From assembly GCA_977030845.1 (NCBI GenBank), contig OZ365111.1, positions 43,772,001 to 43,836,000 of the forward strand: 64,000 nt of DNA. Direction: 5' to 3'. Under the pieces are notes generated by a model that ran no database searches, had not been told where the DNA came from, and saw only the letters and a program-made list of their open reading frames with translations. Both the position numbers and the translations under genes were made by a program. Origin of the DNA: Fimbriosthenelais zetlandica. Lineage: Eukaryota. Below are positions 12,546 to 23,983 of this stretch, piece after piece (the stretch's first letter is position 1; every line of letters begins with the position of its first letter).

Positions 12546-15500
12546 TCTATCCTGAACACCAATCACTAAGAACGACCCCTGGAATGGTTCACCTTCTTTC
12601 AGGAAGCACCCACCACAGTGAACCGGTGAGGAATGAAAGAGCGAAGAAGGCAAACGTCAAAGATCCAGAAGAAGCCTATGATTACCTCCAGTCAATATTG
12701 TAAAGAGCCACTGCCTTTGAACTGTTTAATCTGCTTGTAAAATCCATTTGCTTGCTTGTAAGGAAAAGGCTGATAATGCTGAAGCTTTAGACAACTGAAC
12801 AGAACAGATTTGTCCTTTGGTGAAGGTCAATGTAAAGCTATAGAATCATCGGAATAACGAGCCTTTTTTCTATCCACATTCAAAAGGGAGAAATCAGCAA
12901 AGGTCACATGACTGCATTATATATATTATGCTGTTAACAATGAGTTAAATGTACTTTGCTTAACTATAAATGTATCTGTAGATTGAAGACATGAAGCAAT
13001 GTGTTGGCATCTGAGTAATAGTAAGAAATCCATGACAGTTTATAAAGGCAGCTTATTAAACTTAGGGCTTCTGCATGGTAGAACCTCTGTCAGGAAGGGA
13101 TAATAGGGGGCAGTACTCTTTTAGTAGAAGAGTCCGGCATTTATATTGTTTGTTGGCATCCCACAACTGAAACTTCTGGTTTCAGACCAAGGGGTATTCT
13201 AGGCATCGTGGCTATCTATCTGTCCTTAGAGTAAATGGAGGTTCACTAAAATGTCACAGGACACAGTTTTATAGGATCTGCAGATACACGAGGAATCGGG
13301 TTGTGTGATCAGTCTAGTGGGCTGATCATTCCCTTTAATTAGCCTCACTGATTATATATGATACTAATTGTAAATCGTGCAGCAGGTAATCATGGGTCTT
13401 CTTCTACTCCACTAGATGGCATAGATTGACAGCAAACCATTGGGTGTCAATGAATCTGAGGGCAATTCCATGCTTAAAGCAGATTTTCATTTTCATATAC
13501 AACTAAAAGGCTGAGAACAAAAGCTCACAAACAATCTCAACCATCTGTAGTACCCAACATTTCATAAATCTGTTATAAAAGGCCAATGGTATAATCGTGA
13601 GAAATTCTGGCCCGAAGTAATTAACGAATTACTGGTGAAAATGGTCCCTGATTTGTAAAGGCAGTAGGGCATTGCCGGTCCATTTCCTCTGACAATTGGT
13701 GGTTTACTTCCCTTTCATTCACTTCCAATGACTGGGATTTTAAGACCATTAATTAAGCAAGGATAAGTGCCGGTTTTACACCTCTATTGAAAAAACCCAA
13801 CCTATCTGTCGTTGATTGATAAAATGCTGACCTTATAAAAACCAGTGATTATAAAAGTCCCTTTATGTTGAATCAACATGAAAAGTGCATCCCTCTCTGG
13901 GAATTCCTTGGGAGATTCTATAAAAGAAAGGTAACAAGACAGAATTGAATGTAGTGTGGGAATGAGACGCCTCCCTTAAAATGAGTAAATTCATAAAAAT
14001 CATTAATGAAAATGATGTAATTTCATGTGGACCATTGCTTTGCTTTCCCAAAGGTCAATTGAAGTCCCTCTCCATACAAGGTGAAATCATTAAACGAGAA
14101 GCCCCTGCTGGTTCCACGCGGGAACAAACACTACATTACCACCTAGTTTGTATATTGAATACTTGATAGTGAAAAAACTATGAGTGTAAGATCAAAGTTC
14201 TTGGGAATTGTTGTCCCTGACTAGAATAGAACTACATTTTGCTCTTGTCATGGCCAATGTAAGTTGAATACTTCACTTTATCACAAAGGAGACAAAAAAG
14301 GGAGGCATTCACAGTGGTGGCACCATGACATTTTATCTTCCCACACGACAAAAAAAATAACAAATGGTAGAAAATTTTGATGGTATGACTCAGGGCCAAA
14401 GCCAATAATCAATAACGGTGTGATCTTCCATGCGGGTCTCTTAGACGACGTAGTATTTTAGTGATTTGGTTTCCTTTTTTAAAAGGTTCCACGAAAGTAA
14501 CTATTATTTCCCCGGCACGTTATTATTGGAAATATTCGAAGGAAGGTGATTAGTTGTATTGTATACGTCTTAGTGCCACCATTTGGGATGCCCCGACATC
14601 TGTACATGTACTGCGAATTCCTGTATATACTGCGAAGCGTACTCCGTATTTCATAAGGAGGTTTGGGTTGGTATGTGTGTGTATGAGTGTACATAGGTGA
14701 TCTATCTAATGCCTAATGCAGCAGTGTTTAGTTGGTTTTTTGCTACTAATACTGAACCAAACCCAAATATTGTCACCATTGTAGGTCTTCATCACATTTG
14801 GAGTCTGAAATCAGATGTAGGTTAGTCTTAAAACTACACCACCCCTCACACTGACTGAGCGTTCCAGTCATGCTATATATTATAATGAAACTACACTTTG
14901 GATCTCTCATCAAAAGTGAATATCTTCAATAAAATGTACATGTACTATATATGTATTGCTTTACATATTGAGCATCTGCTGTGGAAAACTTAGGGTAGGA
15001 AATTTGGAATTCAACTTCTCAAATATTGGTTTTAATATGCCACATTTCGAATTTTTTCATCATCAATGTTGAAGTTTTAAAAGATACAAAAGGTATTTAT
15101 GGTTCTTCTCGATGTTAATAATTATTATTAGATTGCTTTTTTTAACATTTTCATTTTCCTGGGGATTACCCAGGAATTGAAGGACACGTTATAAATCTCA
15201 AGAGAGAATGGTGTGGCTACCTACATAGAAGTCCCATTGTAGAAATCCTCTATAGGTTTGGGTCTGCAAATAATTTGTAAATATTCTTATATGCAAGCCA
15301 TTCATATTTGATTGTTAGCTGGTAGATTTTGGAACCAAATGATCATCATTGTAGTCTAGAAATATTGTATACAATATGCCAAGGCATACCTGTTAAATAA
15401 TTACCTTTCGATGGCTACTTTAGAGTGAGATGTATTTCTTATAGTATTGCCTAAGGACTAATTGTAGAAAAAAATATAAAAATCACTTAATACAAATGTT

Positions 15501-15657
15501 ACTAAAAATGGATTTTACATATTTAATGGATATGCTGTGCACATGGCTTTTGGATGCATGACCTTTCTGAATGGTTCACTGATCATTGATGGCTTGACGA
15601 AATACATACAATTAATAGAGAGATGTTACGCTATATGGTAAGTATGCTACTTAACAT

Positions 15658-15754
15658 AGGGGACCGTTTCAGAAAGAAATCATGACTTTTTCACGTGTAA
15701 TTAAAACATGTAGCTCGATGTAAATGAGTCATGCTTTTCCAGGAAACGACCCCC
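15658..15754. mobile_element. Short palindromic MITE relic, possibly PIF/Harbinger-like
   Basis: Imperfect 30-bp inverted ends AGGGGACCGTTTC..CATGACT / GAGTCATG..GAAACGACCCCCT. Confidence 0.4.
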
Positions 15755-18260
15755 TGGTCAGAACTCTGGTACAAAGGAGGTTAGAATATGAAATACATTG
15801 CATCGTGTTTATAAAGGGACTATTGTATGCTTTGTAAAGCTTCTATGTTCAATGTGTTCTCTACATGTGAATCAGAATAATATTATTTAATCGGAGTGAT
15901 ACATATAAACTGGTACACTTTCCATCATAAAGCCCATGTACTAAGTACCAACAGGTGTGTGTCAACCATTGGACAATGTCTCTGCATATTATAATGTATT
16001 TATTATTCACGATCAACACTGCTGATCTGTGGATCGTGCCATGATGCTTAGATTCAATGGCGACCTCTGGTTTTCAGCAGATATAATTAATGAATGTAAA
16101 TACATGATAATCACAGCCTTGCCACTCGGAGTCCTATCATATCTCTCGTATGTTTGGAGAGGTTTCATTGACCTTCATTCCTAAGGAAATGTTATCAGCC
16201 AGTCAATTAATCAAGTGCTCGTTCTCAAGGAATCAAGGGCATTCCTTGTCTCCAGTTGGGGTGTAAAAACGATGTTCAAAGATCATGTGAAGTATCTCAA
16301 TCTTCAGTTTGATCTGGAGGTACGATATGATACCTTAAGTGGCATAACTGTTATTGACACCAATGACAAGTAGTAAGGAATACATTGGTGTGGCTGAGAC
16401 TTGTCCAAAATGGTTAAATCTCTTACTTATATTAAAGAGTCTGGAATGACTCGAGTGTATTGTATAAACCAGTGTTAACCGGTATACTTGTAACCAAGAG
16501 TAATTATAAATCATATGGTGAATGGGATATAATGCTGAATGAGTATATTACACACAAATGACAGATTAATGAGTGTCCAAGCTTGTCATTATATTATAAT
16601 TATCATAAAAGTAAAGGTAATTGTGCCATATATACTATAATGCATCTCCTGAAAGAGATATAATGCATACCTTCTACAGGAGTGTTTCAATTCATCTTTT
16701 GACTGATTGGAATTCATACAGAAATTTCCACTTCTCTTATTAGGACCAATCTGTTGCTGTAATGTGTCTCTACTGATTTGTATGTGAAAGTATAACATCT
16801 TAAAATGAAAAGTTTAAAAAATCTCATTTTGCATTCCAACCCTTGATGGCAGAAACCTCCATCTGGTGAAAACCCAATTGGAGTCTTGGCCTATTTCCTA
16901 TCACAAACTTGTGGAAATTTCCCCCCGATGTTCGATTAGAAGTCAATGATGTATGTGCATCTTTATATTCCTTAAAATATTGTACTCGTATTTCTAATTG
17001 GAAATGCCGAGTAATTCCTCTCGATGTAGAGAAGCCCTTTTTAATCTTTTCGTTTCTGAAACAATCAGAAAAATTATCCATCTGCTCTCTATGTCTGAGG
17101 ACTTAATAATTGTGTTATCCCAAGTTTCAGGAATGAAAACCCTGGTGATTTAGAGTATTATTAATTTCTAACCGATTTTCATTTTCTGTAAAATGATGGC
17201 TTAGTGTGGTCGTTTACCATTATCTGTCATAACATGACACTTGAACCGCTGAGTCATTGACTATTAGCCCACTTTCTGACCTCGAGAAAAACAATCCATT
17301 CCTATGGAGTACTTATTATTGATAAATGTCCCATATTTGGCCGTTTCTTGATCTAGTATTTTGAGTAGTTAAGTTTTCTTTCTTGTGTTTTGATTTTGTT
17401 ACAAAGAAAGAAAGTTTGAGAGTGATTCTGATCAAATGCAATGTAGCGAGCTTCTATTCAACCTCAGTATAGTCCCCCTCCTCTCTCACATTAGTAGCCG
17501 TTGCTCCTATTGGAATTAATGGTTACGCCAATGGTTAAGCCTCATTAACACGTGGAAGTTCCTAGTTCTTATTTTTGTTCAGTATAATGTATGTATGTGT
17601 ATGCATTCCCAATAAACTATTCTTTGGTAAAAATACAAAAGTAACATCCGGGTTTTAATTGCGATAGAGTAGCTGGGCAAATAGGGCATTTTATAATATT
17701 ACCGCCTGGTCTTTTTCATGTAGGGATTAAAAATTGGGGCCGTGGCTCAGGCTGTACTGTGCATCTTGAATCAATGAATGTCTGCAATAAAGATCATTCA
17801 TTCAATGAAGGAGGTCCCAAGTTCAATTCCCCAAGCATTCTCCAGATTTGCCAATGTCCTTCTTTACCCAGTACTGCTAACAAGGATATCAAAGGCCAGC
17901 CATATCTGCCACTGCCAATGGTGAAAGGCATGCATGTAAAAGAACCATCCTGAATTGGCAAAAGCAAAAGAAGAAAAACACATAGCGTACTTCTCTATGA
18001 GAAATTTTATTCAAGCGTATAGTACGTCTGACATGTCTGGCAGATAACAAAGAAAAAACATTGCTGTCAGTTGACCAGCAGCAGCTGTCCTAGTTGACAG
18101 TAGTAAGTGCCGGATTGACAGCAGTCCGCCTCGGGTGTTTGGTATAGAAATCCTATAGGAACTAGATTGACACTTCTCTATGAAACTATTCCTTACATAT
18201 ATTCAACAAACTACATCTACACTTGGATTCAACTCAAATTAATGTCAAGAATAGGTCTAC

Positions 18261-19346
18261 TCATTCGGAGTATTTGGGGCCTGTATATTTTGCCGTCTTT
18301 TTAATATGGTCTGTTTCGATCATCTTGTAGGCCATGTCCACTATGGTATTTTTAACATCTCGGCCAGGAATACCAAGAACGTTGTTCATCCGGGAGAATT
18401 CAAACTCGGGTAGCTTGCCCAGTCCAGGGAGTATGGTTCTAATGCCCTTATCGAAAAAGCTCACAAACTTCACCAGGAATCCTGGTAGCTCAGTCGTAGG
18501 GACATTGTAACCCTGGGACTCAAACTCCGCTTTCAGAATATCAGCTATATCCTTCAACCACATGGCTTTGGATCCGACTATATGTCGGTGGCCATCAGCC
18601 TCCGGGATGGTCATGGCATTGACATGAGCTTGGGCGACATCTCTGACATCCGTCACTACCAGGCCAAGCTTGGGCAGAGCTGGCATCTCTTTGAGAAGCA
18701 GCCTTCTTGGGATTTCCATGCTGGTGGTGAAGGTCCCACACAAATGAGGCCCCATGATGTAGGTAGGGTTCACAACCACAAATTCAAACTTCTTATCTTC
18801 TGGCAATTCCTTCACAAAATCCCAGGCTGCCTTTTCTGCAGCTGTTTTACTTTTGATGTAAGCATCTTCGGGTACTCTGAGCAATGCCACATCAGTCCAG
18901 TCCTCTTCATTCCATGGTTTGCCTTCTCTGACTTGGTAGCCGCCATTGACAGCAGCCATTGAGCTGGTGAGAACGACTCTCTTGACACCGCCGACGTCTC
19001 TACAAGCTTTAAGGATAGCTAGGGCTCCATTGACAGCAGGTTTGATCAACTCATCTTCATTGGTCGGTGTCTCTGCCGGGAAAGGGCTGGCAATGTGCAG
19101 GACATACTCACAGCCTTCTACTGCAGGCGCCCAGCTGCTTTCATTGGTAAGGTCTGCTTCACAAAGCTCAATGGGGTTTTCCTCTGTCCCTAGTTCACGT
19201 ATCGGTTTGACTTTGGCTTCGTTTTTCAGTGATCTCACGGTACCTTTGACTTTGTAGCCCTCCTTCGCCAGGATTTGAATAACGTGTGTTGCCACATATC
19301 CTGAGGCTCCTGTCACAAGGACCTTGGGCTTTTCACCTTCAGCCAT
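18261..19346 (-). CDS. Extended short-chain dehydrogenase/reductase (NAD(P)-dependent epimerase/dehydratase; aldehyde reductase / dihydroflavonol reductase-like), 361 aa
   Basis: Rossmann motif VLVTGASGYVA, TVRS basic residue (suggests NADP), HIASPF, catalytic TSS and YIKSK (YxxxK), VNPTYIMGP, TDVRDVAQAH. The CDS lies in one exon, with an acceptor before 19364. Confidence 0.93.
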   Translation of the reverse strand: MAEGEKPKVLVTGASGYVATHVIQILAKEGYKVKGTVRSLKNEAKVKPIRELGTEENPIELCEADLTNESSWAPAVEGCEYVLHIASPFPAETPTNEDELIKPAVNGALAILKACRDVGGVKRVVLTSSMAAVNGGYQVREGKPWNEEDWTDVALLRVPEDAYIKSKTAAEKAAWDFVKELPEDKKFEFVVVNPTYIMGPHLCGTFTTSMEIPRRLLLKEMPALPKLGLVVTDVRDVAQAHVNAMTIPEADGHRHIVGSKAMWLKDIADILKAEFESQGYNVPTTELPGFLVKFVSFFDKGIRTILPGLGKLPEFEFSRMNNVLGIPGRDVKNTIVDMAYKMIETDHIKKTAKYTGPKYSE

Positions 19347-20897
19347 AATTCCCCAGAAAGTATTCTACAAGCAAGAAAATAAATCATTTAGTATAAATGG
19401 TTTCTTTAGGTGTGAAGCCTTATTTAGCTTACAATGTACATGTGTATGTATTTGTGCCGCGTTATTGTGCTAAAATGTATAAAATCTGGACAGGGTCCTC
19501 AAATGGAAATATGGGAATTTGGGTGAATACTTATGTTTTATGTGATTCGAATATAAATCCCATAGAGTCCTCGTGTCAACCTGTGCTCTATTCTCTAGCA
19601 AATACCACTATTATCAATATTACATCATAATAAATGCCTTTTACATTTGTTATCTACCACCACCCAGTCAAACCAGAATTGACAACTGCGGGTTGCACAT
19701 GGGACCAGCATACATTAATGGAACATATATGATTAATATGTGCATTAAAGCCATGAGTTACACAATAACGCCACCACAGACAGAGGGAGAGGTGACCTGG
19801 CATCAATAGATTGTGGGATCTCGTCCAATACCACAATACACAGTTCACCTCACAGCAAATACTATAAGAATCTGGGACATACTATGTATGGTAGAAGGCT
19901 ATGTATAAGTGAGGAATCCTCCCCCAGTTCAGATTTCTGAACACGTCCACCTACTATTGACAATCTGTGTGTACATATACCTGTAAAAGTATGTAGAAAA
20001 ACACAACCAGTTCCCATGTATCCCCTCATAATAGACTGACTGCAATAAGGGTATAATCTTCCCTTCAAATGTGTAAAGTACATGTATAAATTCCCATATC
20101 TCTTTAAAATATATTTAGAAAAATATAAGAAATACTCACGATAATTATTATAATTATCTCAATGCTGGAGTGGAGAGTTCACAAAATATTACGTAAATTT
20201 CCCAATGCTATTCCCCATGTGAGTTTACAGGAGGATGTGATTTCATCATGTGATTTGGCCGGTCACATGATAGCTGACGGACATTCCAAAAGTGTGTTCA
20301 ATTTTTTTGTGCAATCTGGCTAGACCTAGATCTAAAGTATCCCTTTGATAATTGTCCATGTATTGTCTGAAGCACCTGGTTGCTCAGTGGATCGCTATAC
20401 AAACAATATGTAGGCCTACTGGATAGATTTAGAACAAGGTTATATTTGCCCAATCAATTTCTTTATTTTTAGACCTAGAAGCTAAATCTTCATCAGTGCC
20501 AAAGAAACTGCCTTGAGTCTGACTGACATTCTATGGTGAGAATACCTGTATAAGTAATTTATTTTGTAATGTAAGGTATTTGTAATCGTACACAGACGTA
20601 GCAATTTGACCCCTTTAATTGATAGCATTATACATGCACTTAACATGCAATGACTAGGCCGATAATGAATAGCAAGCATAAGCCCCATGCACATGCCTAT
20701 ACACTTGTTTATGTCTTATATTCCATAAAAACTCTACATATTATGGAGGTGCGCCTGAAGGAGCTGAGGCTAGCTATTCCCCTTTGAGACTGCCATAAGC
20801 TATGTTTGGTTATGCATGGATTTATATTTATCTGAATTAATTAACTAATTTACGGATCACTAATGACAGTAAGGTACAGAAATAGCATGATACTCAC

Positions 20898-22390
20898 CAC
20901 TGGGAGGGACTTGAGGTATCTAGAGACTGAATGAACTTCGTACTGGTCCGTATGTGGATGGAACTAACAGCCTGTCCCACTTTAGGGATGGCACCAATAT
21001 ATATGTATACACAGCATAATATATGTGTAGGCCATAATATATATATAGATCTTATACCAGGGTTGAGTGCTTCAAAAACCGGTACCCGTAGCAATTTACA
21101 TTCATATCACTGAGGCTAGGTGTTTAAAGAGTTACTGCTTTATTAATAGTGTCAGGTGATATAGACCTACTCAAATTTAATATAGGAGTTCATATACAGG
21201 CCCATAATGATATAAGGTTATGCCCCTTTACGGGGGGATTTTTCTATTTAAAAATGGTTGCAGCGAAGATGTTCTTTCACTAGGCCTATATTCTACTAAA
21301 TTTTACTAATTTGGCAGTAGAAATATTGACGATTATTTAAAGAAAAAGGATATATATGGGTGCAACCCCACCCTTTTAAGAAAATCAGGAGAAGGCCCTT
21401 TAGGGGAGGCATTAGACTTAGTCCATATGTCAAAAGGGAATTACATAGCTGGTTGATCCTAAAGAACGGTATCTGAATATGAATGATACGGTAGGTCTAT
21501 ATGGATATAGGTCAAAATCATCTTAAAGTCCTTTTACAAGGCTGATGCAATGGACAAATATTGACCATGATTTGCAAAGTCAGTGTATAATAGGGCTTGT
21601 ATAGGGCCAGCTATGTCCATTGCTACAAGTTTGCTCCTGGAGGCGGCCCCAGCTCGATGTGCTCAAGCCTATGAGAGTGGAGTCACAGGCTACTTATCAC
21701 AATATAGTGCATATATGTACATTATACTGTAAATATGATTATGTAGTAAAAGATATAAAGAGTAGGAATCTTACTAGTTTCCTTTGTCATTTTTCTTAAG
21801 TGAGTCTATTATGCACATGGTCATATCAAGCGTGAGAACACGGTCACGCCACCACCGGGAAAAACGGAAACTAACAGAAAGCTGTAACACATGTAAGTAA
21901 CTACCCGTTACAACGTCCCAAGATGGCCGATGGAACTTCGTTAGTGCATCAAACAGTACATTGTTTGAGTGCATTTCTATGGTTAATGTCTCCATTTCTA
22001 CTTCTATGGTGCTTTAAACCTTGAAAACTTGAATAAATTGTGCATTTAGAGGATGATAACTAACTGCGAAAGTATTGTAACGAACAGTTATCATGTACGG
22101 TAAGTGACTGAGCTGCCAGGATAAGATGTGCTCATGGACATAGACCTACTTATCAAAATAGTAGATGTTATATCAGCTGTGTGTACATTACGGTACTGTT
22201 AAAATTATTGTGTAGTAAAGATATAAAAGAATTGGAATCTTACCAGTGGCCTTTGTCATTTTTCATAAGTGAGTCTATGGCCATATCAAGCGTGAGAGTT
22301 TAAAGCATCGAGCACGTGTACGGTCACGCCACCACCGGGAAAAATCGGGAACTGACAGAAAGCTGTAACAGATGTAAGTAACTACCGGTT
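20898..22390 (-). other. Probable non-coding 5' exons of the SDR gene: 29-nt exon 20898-20926 and duplicated first exons ending at 21775 and 22244
   Basis: Minus-strand TTCAG acceptor and CAGTG|GTGAGT donor bound 20898-20926. Donors CTA|GTAAGA (21775) and CTG|GTAAGA (22244) lie in the two copies of the duplication. The upstream limit is approximate. Confidence 0.5.
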
Positions 22391-23610
22391 ACAACGTTCC
22401 AAGATGGCCGCCGTGAACTTTGTTAGTGCTTCAAACCTTGAAAACTTGAATAAAGTCACTTGAATAACGCCCTTTCAAATCGAATTTGAAAGGGCCATCC
22501 TGTCAAATTAGCATGGAATAGCCCAATGATCTACAAACGTCGTCTGATGATTCCGAGCGACGCTCCATTGACTTAGCATTGATCGTTAGTTCCCAGTTTA
22601 GCCGGTGGTGGGGTAGTAGCATGGGGCCGAAAGCGAACTAAACTTAGTTTCTTCGTTTGTCGTATAGATAGCGAGCGCGCCACCGGACGGGGCCTAAAAG
22701 GGAGAGAGAGAGCAACTGCCTGACTGGAGGGCGATTCCGAGGGGGTGCGGGGGCGAAAAGTTATTTAGAAGACGGGGAATCGAACTCCGGCGTTCCAGGC
22801 GGGTGTCTGTACCACTAGCCTACGTGGCTCACACCTTCTCCGTAGCTCTCAGGTCACTTCATTACACCCCACCATGGCAAGGGTGAAACACAATGTTTAT
22901 CATCATTTTGCCCCTGGACCCATCCCTGTCCTCCAACTTCCACCATCTAACCCCCATGTCTATCCCTAACACTCCTACAAACTACCTCCAAAAACCCCAG
23001 CCCGATTTGTAACGGATATAACATGTCAAAATCGCTTGCAATAGCCCTCTGTGTAGATACTGCCCATAGGCTGCAATGTTAAAAATTATTTAGCCCCCCG
23101 GACCCCTCCATTGGAGCCTATGGGCAGCACCAACACAATAGGAATTTACAAGGGATTTTAATAGGTTAGCCGTTCTGAATCGGGTTGGGTTTTGGAGGGA
23201 GTTGATGGGAGTGCCTGCGGGTACACATGGGGTTGGGGGTGGAAGTTTGAGGACAGGGTGGGTCCAGGGGGCATAATTATTATAAACATTGTGATTCAGC
23301 CTTGTCCTGGGCCGTTCAGACTAAATTTGATCTACCAGCGTAGTGGTCAGGTAGTCTAGAGTTAAGACACTGACTGACTGACCGGGGTTCGATTCTCCTT
23401 CTAGTCTGAAACCCTTTTTCTGTTAATTTGTATTATTTTGCCCCTGGCCCCCAAACGTCCACCCCCATCGCCATGTGTACCTCCAGCCCTCCCTTTAACA
23501 AAGCCAGCCCGATAATCGAGCATTTAGTGAGTATTTAGAGGATAACTAACTGGAAAAATATTGTACCTAACAATTATCATATATACGGTAAGTGAGCTGC
23601 CAGAATAATT
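21691..23610. repeat. Tandem duplication of a roughly 456-bp promoter/first-exon unit, with the second copy interrupted
   Basis: Copy A 21691-22146; copy B 22147-22453, resuming at about 23521-23610. Shared blocks include GGAATCTTAC, CGGTCACGCCACCACCGGGAAAA, CAAGATGGCCG, AAACCTTGAAAACTTGAATAAA and ATTTAGAGGAT..ACGGTAAGTGA..GCTGCCAG. Confidence 0.85.
22760..23410. repeat. Roughly 650-bp imperfect palindrome (foldback) with a tRNA-like A/B-box cassette in each arm
   Basis: Blocks symmetric about 23090: TGCCCATAGGCT 23061 / AGCCTATGGGCA 23115; CCCCTGGACCCA 22911 / TGGGTCCAGGGG 23259; CACAATGTTTAT 22889 / ATAAACATTGTG 23282; B-boxes GAGTTCGATTCCCC (minus, about 22774-22787) / GGGTTCGATTCTCC (plus, about 23385-23398). 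Confidence 0.8.
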
Positions 23611-23983
23611 TTATTTTTGGTACTCAGTGCCACAGAAAATAGTTAATCACACATTTTCTTATATAATCTCAGAACAGCTAGAATCACTTAATTAATGTAA
23701 AATTGTCCGATTAATGAAAAACTATCCACTCAGAGATACTCGGTACCAATCTTGATATGGTACCTCTATAAATATTTATATATAGCATTCTGCCTTGGAA
23801 ATTTTACAATGGACCCATTAAAGTCTAGGCCTACTAATATTAGGCCTATATGGCACATAATCAATGACAGATATTTTCATCTCCTCCCCTTCATTCTCTT
23901 CTGGTTATATCATAATACCATGTAACAATTCCTGTATTTACTATGCAATTCATATCCATCCCTATCATCTTTTATTTAATAAA

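Noticed and set aside
16824-17081. Possible LINE ORF2 C-terminal remnant (H..TSNRT..AIKGWN)
   Set aside because: Resemblance is limited to a few residues, with no RT motifs or tail; would need a profile search.
22540-22650. CTGATGA and a distant GAAA as a ribozyme or C/D snoRNA
   Set aside because: No stem II joins the motifs and there is no properly placed D box with a terminal stem.
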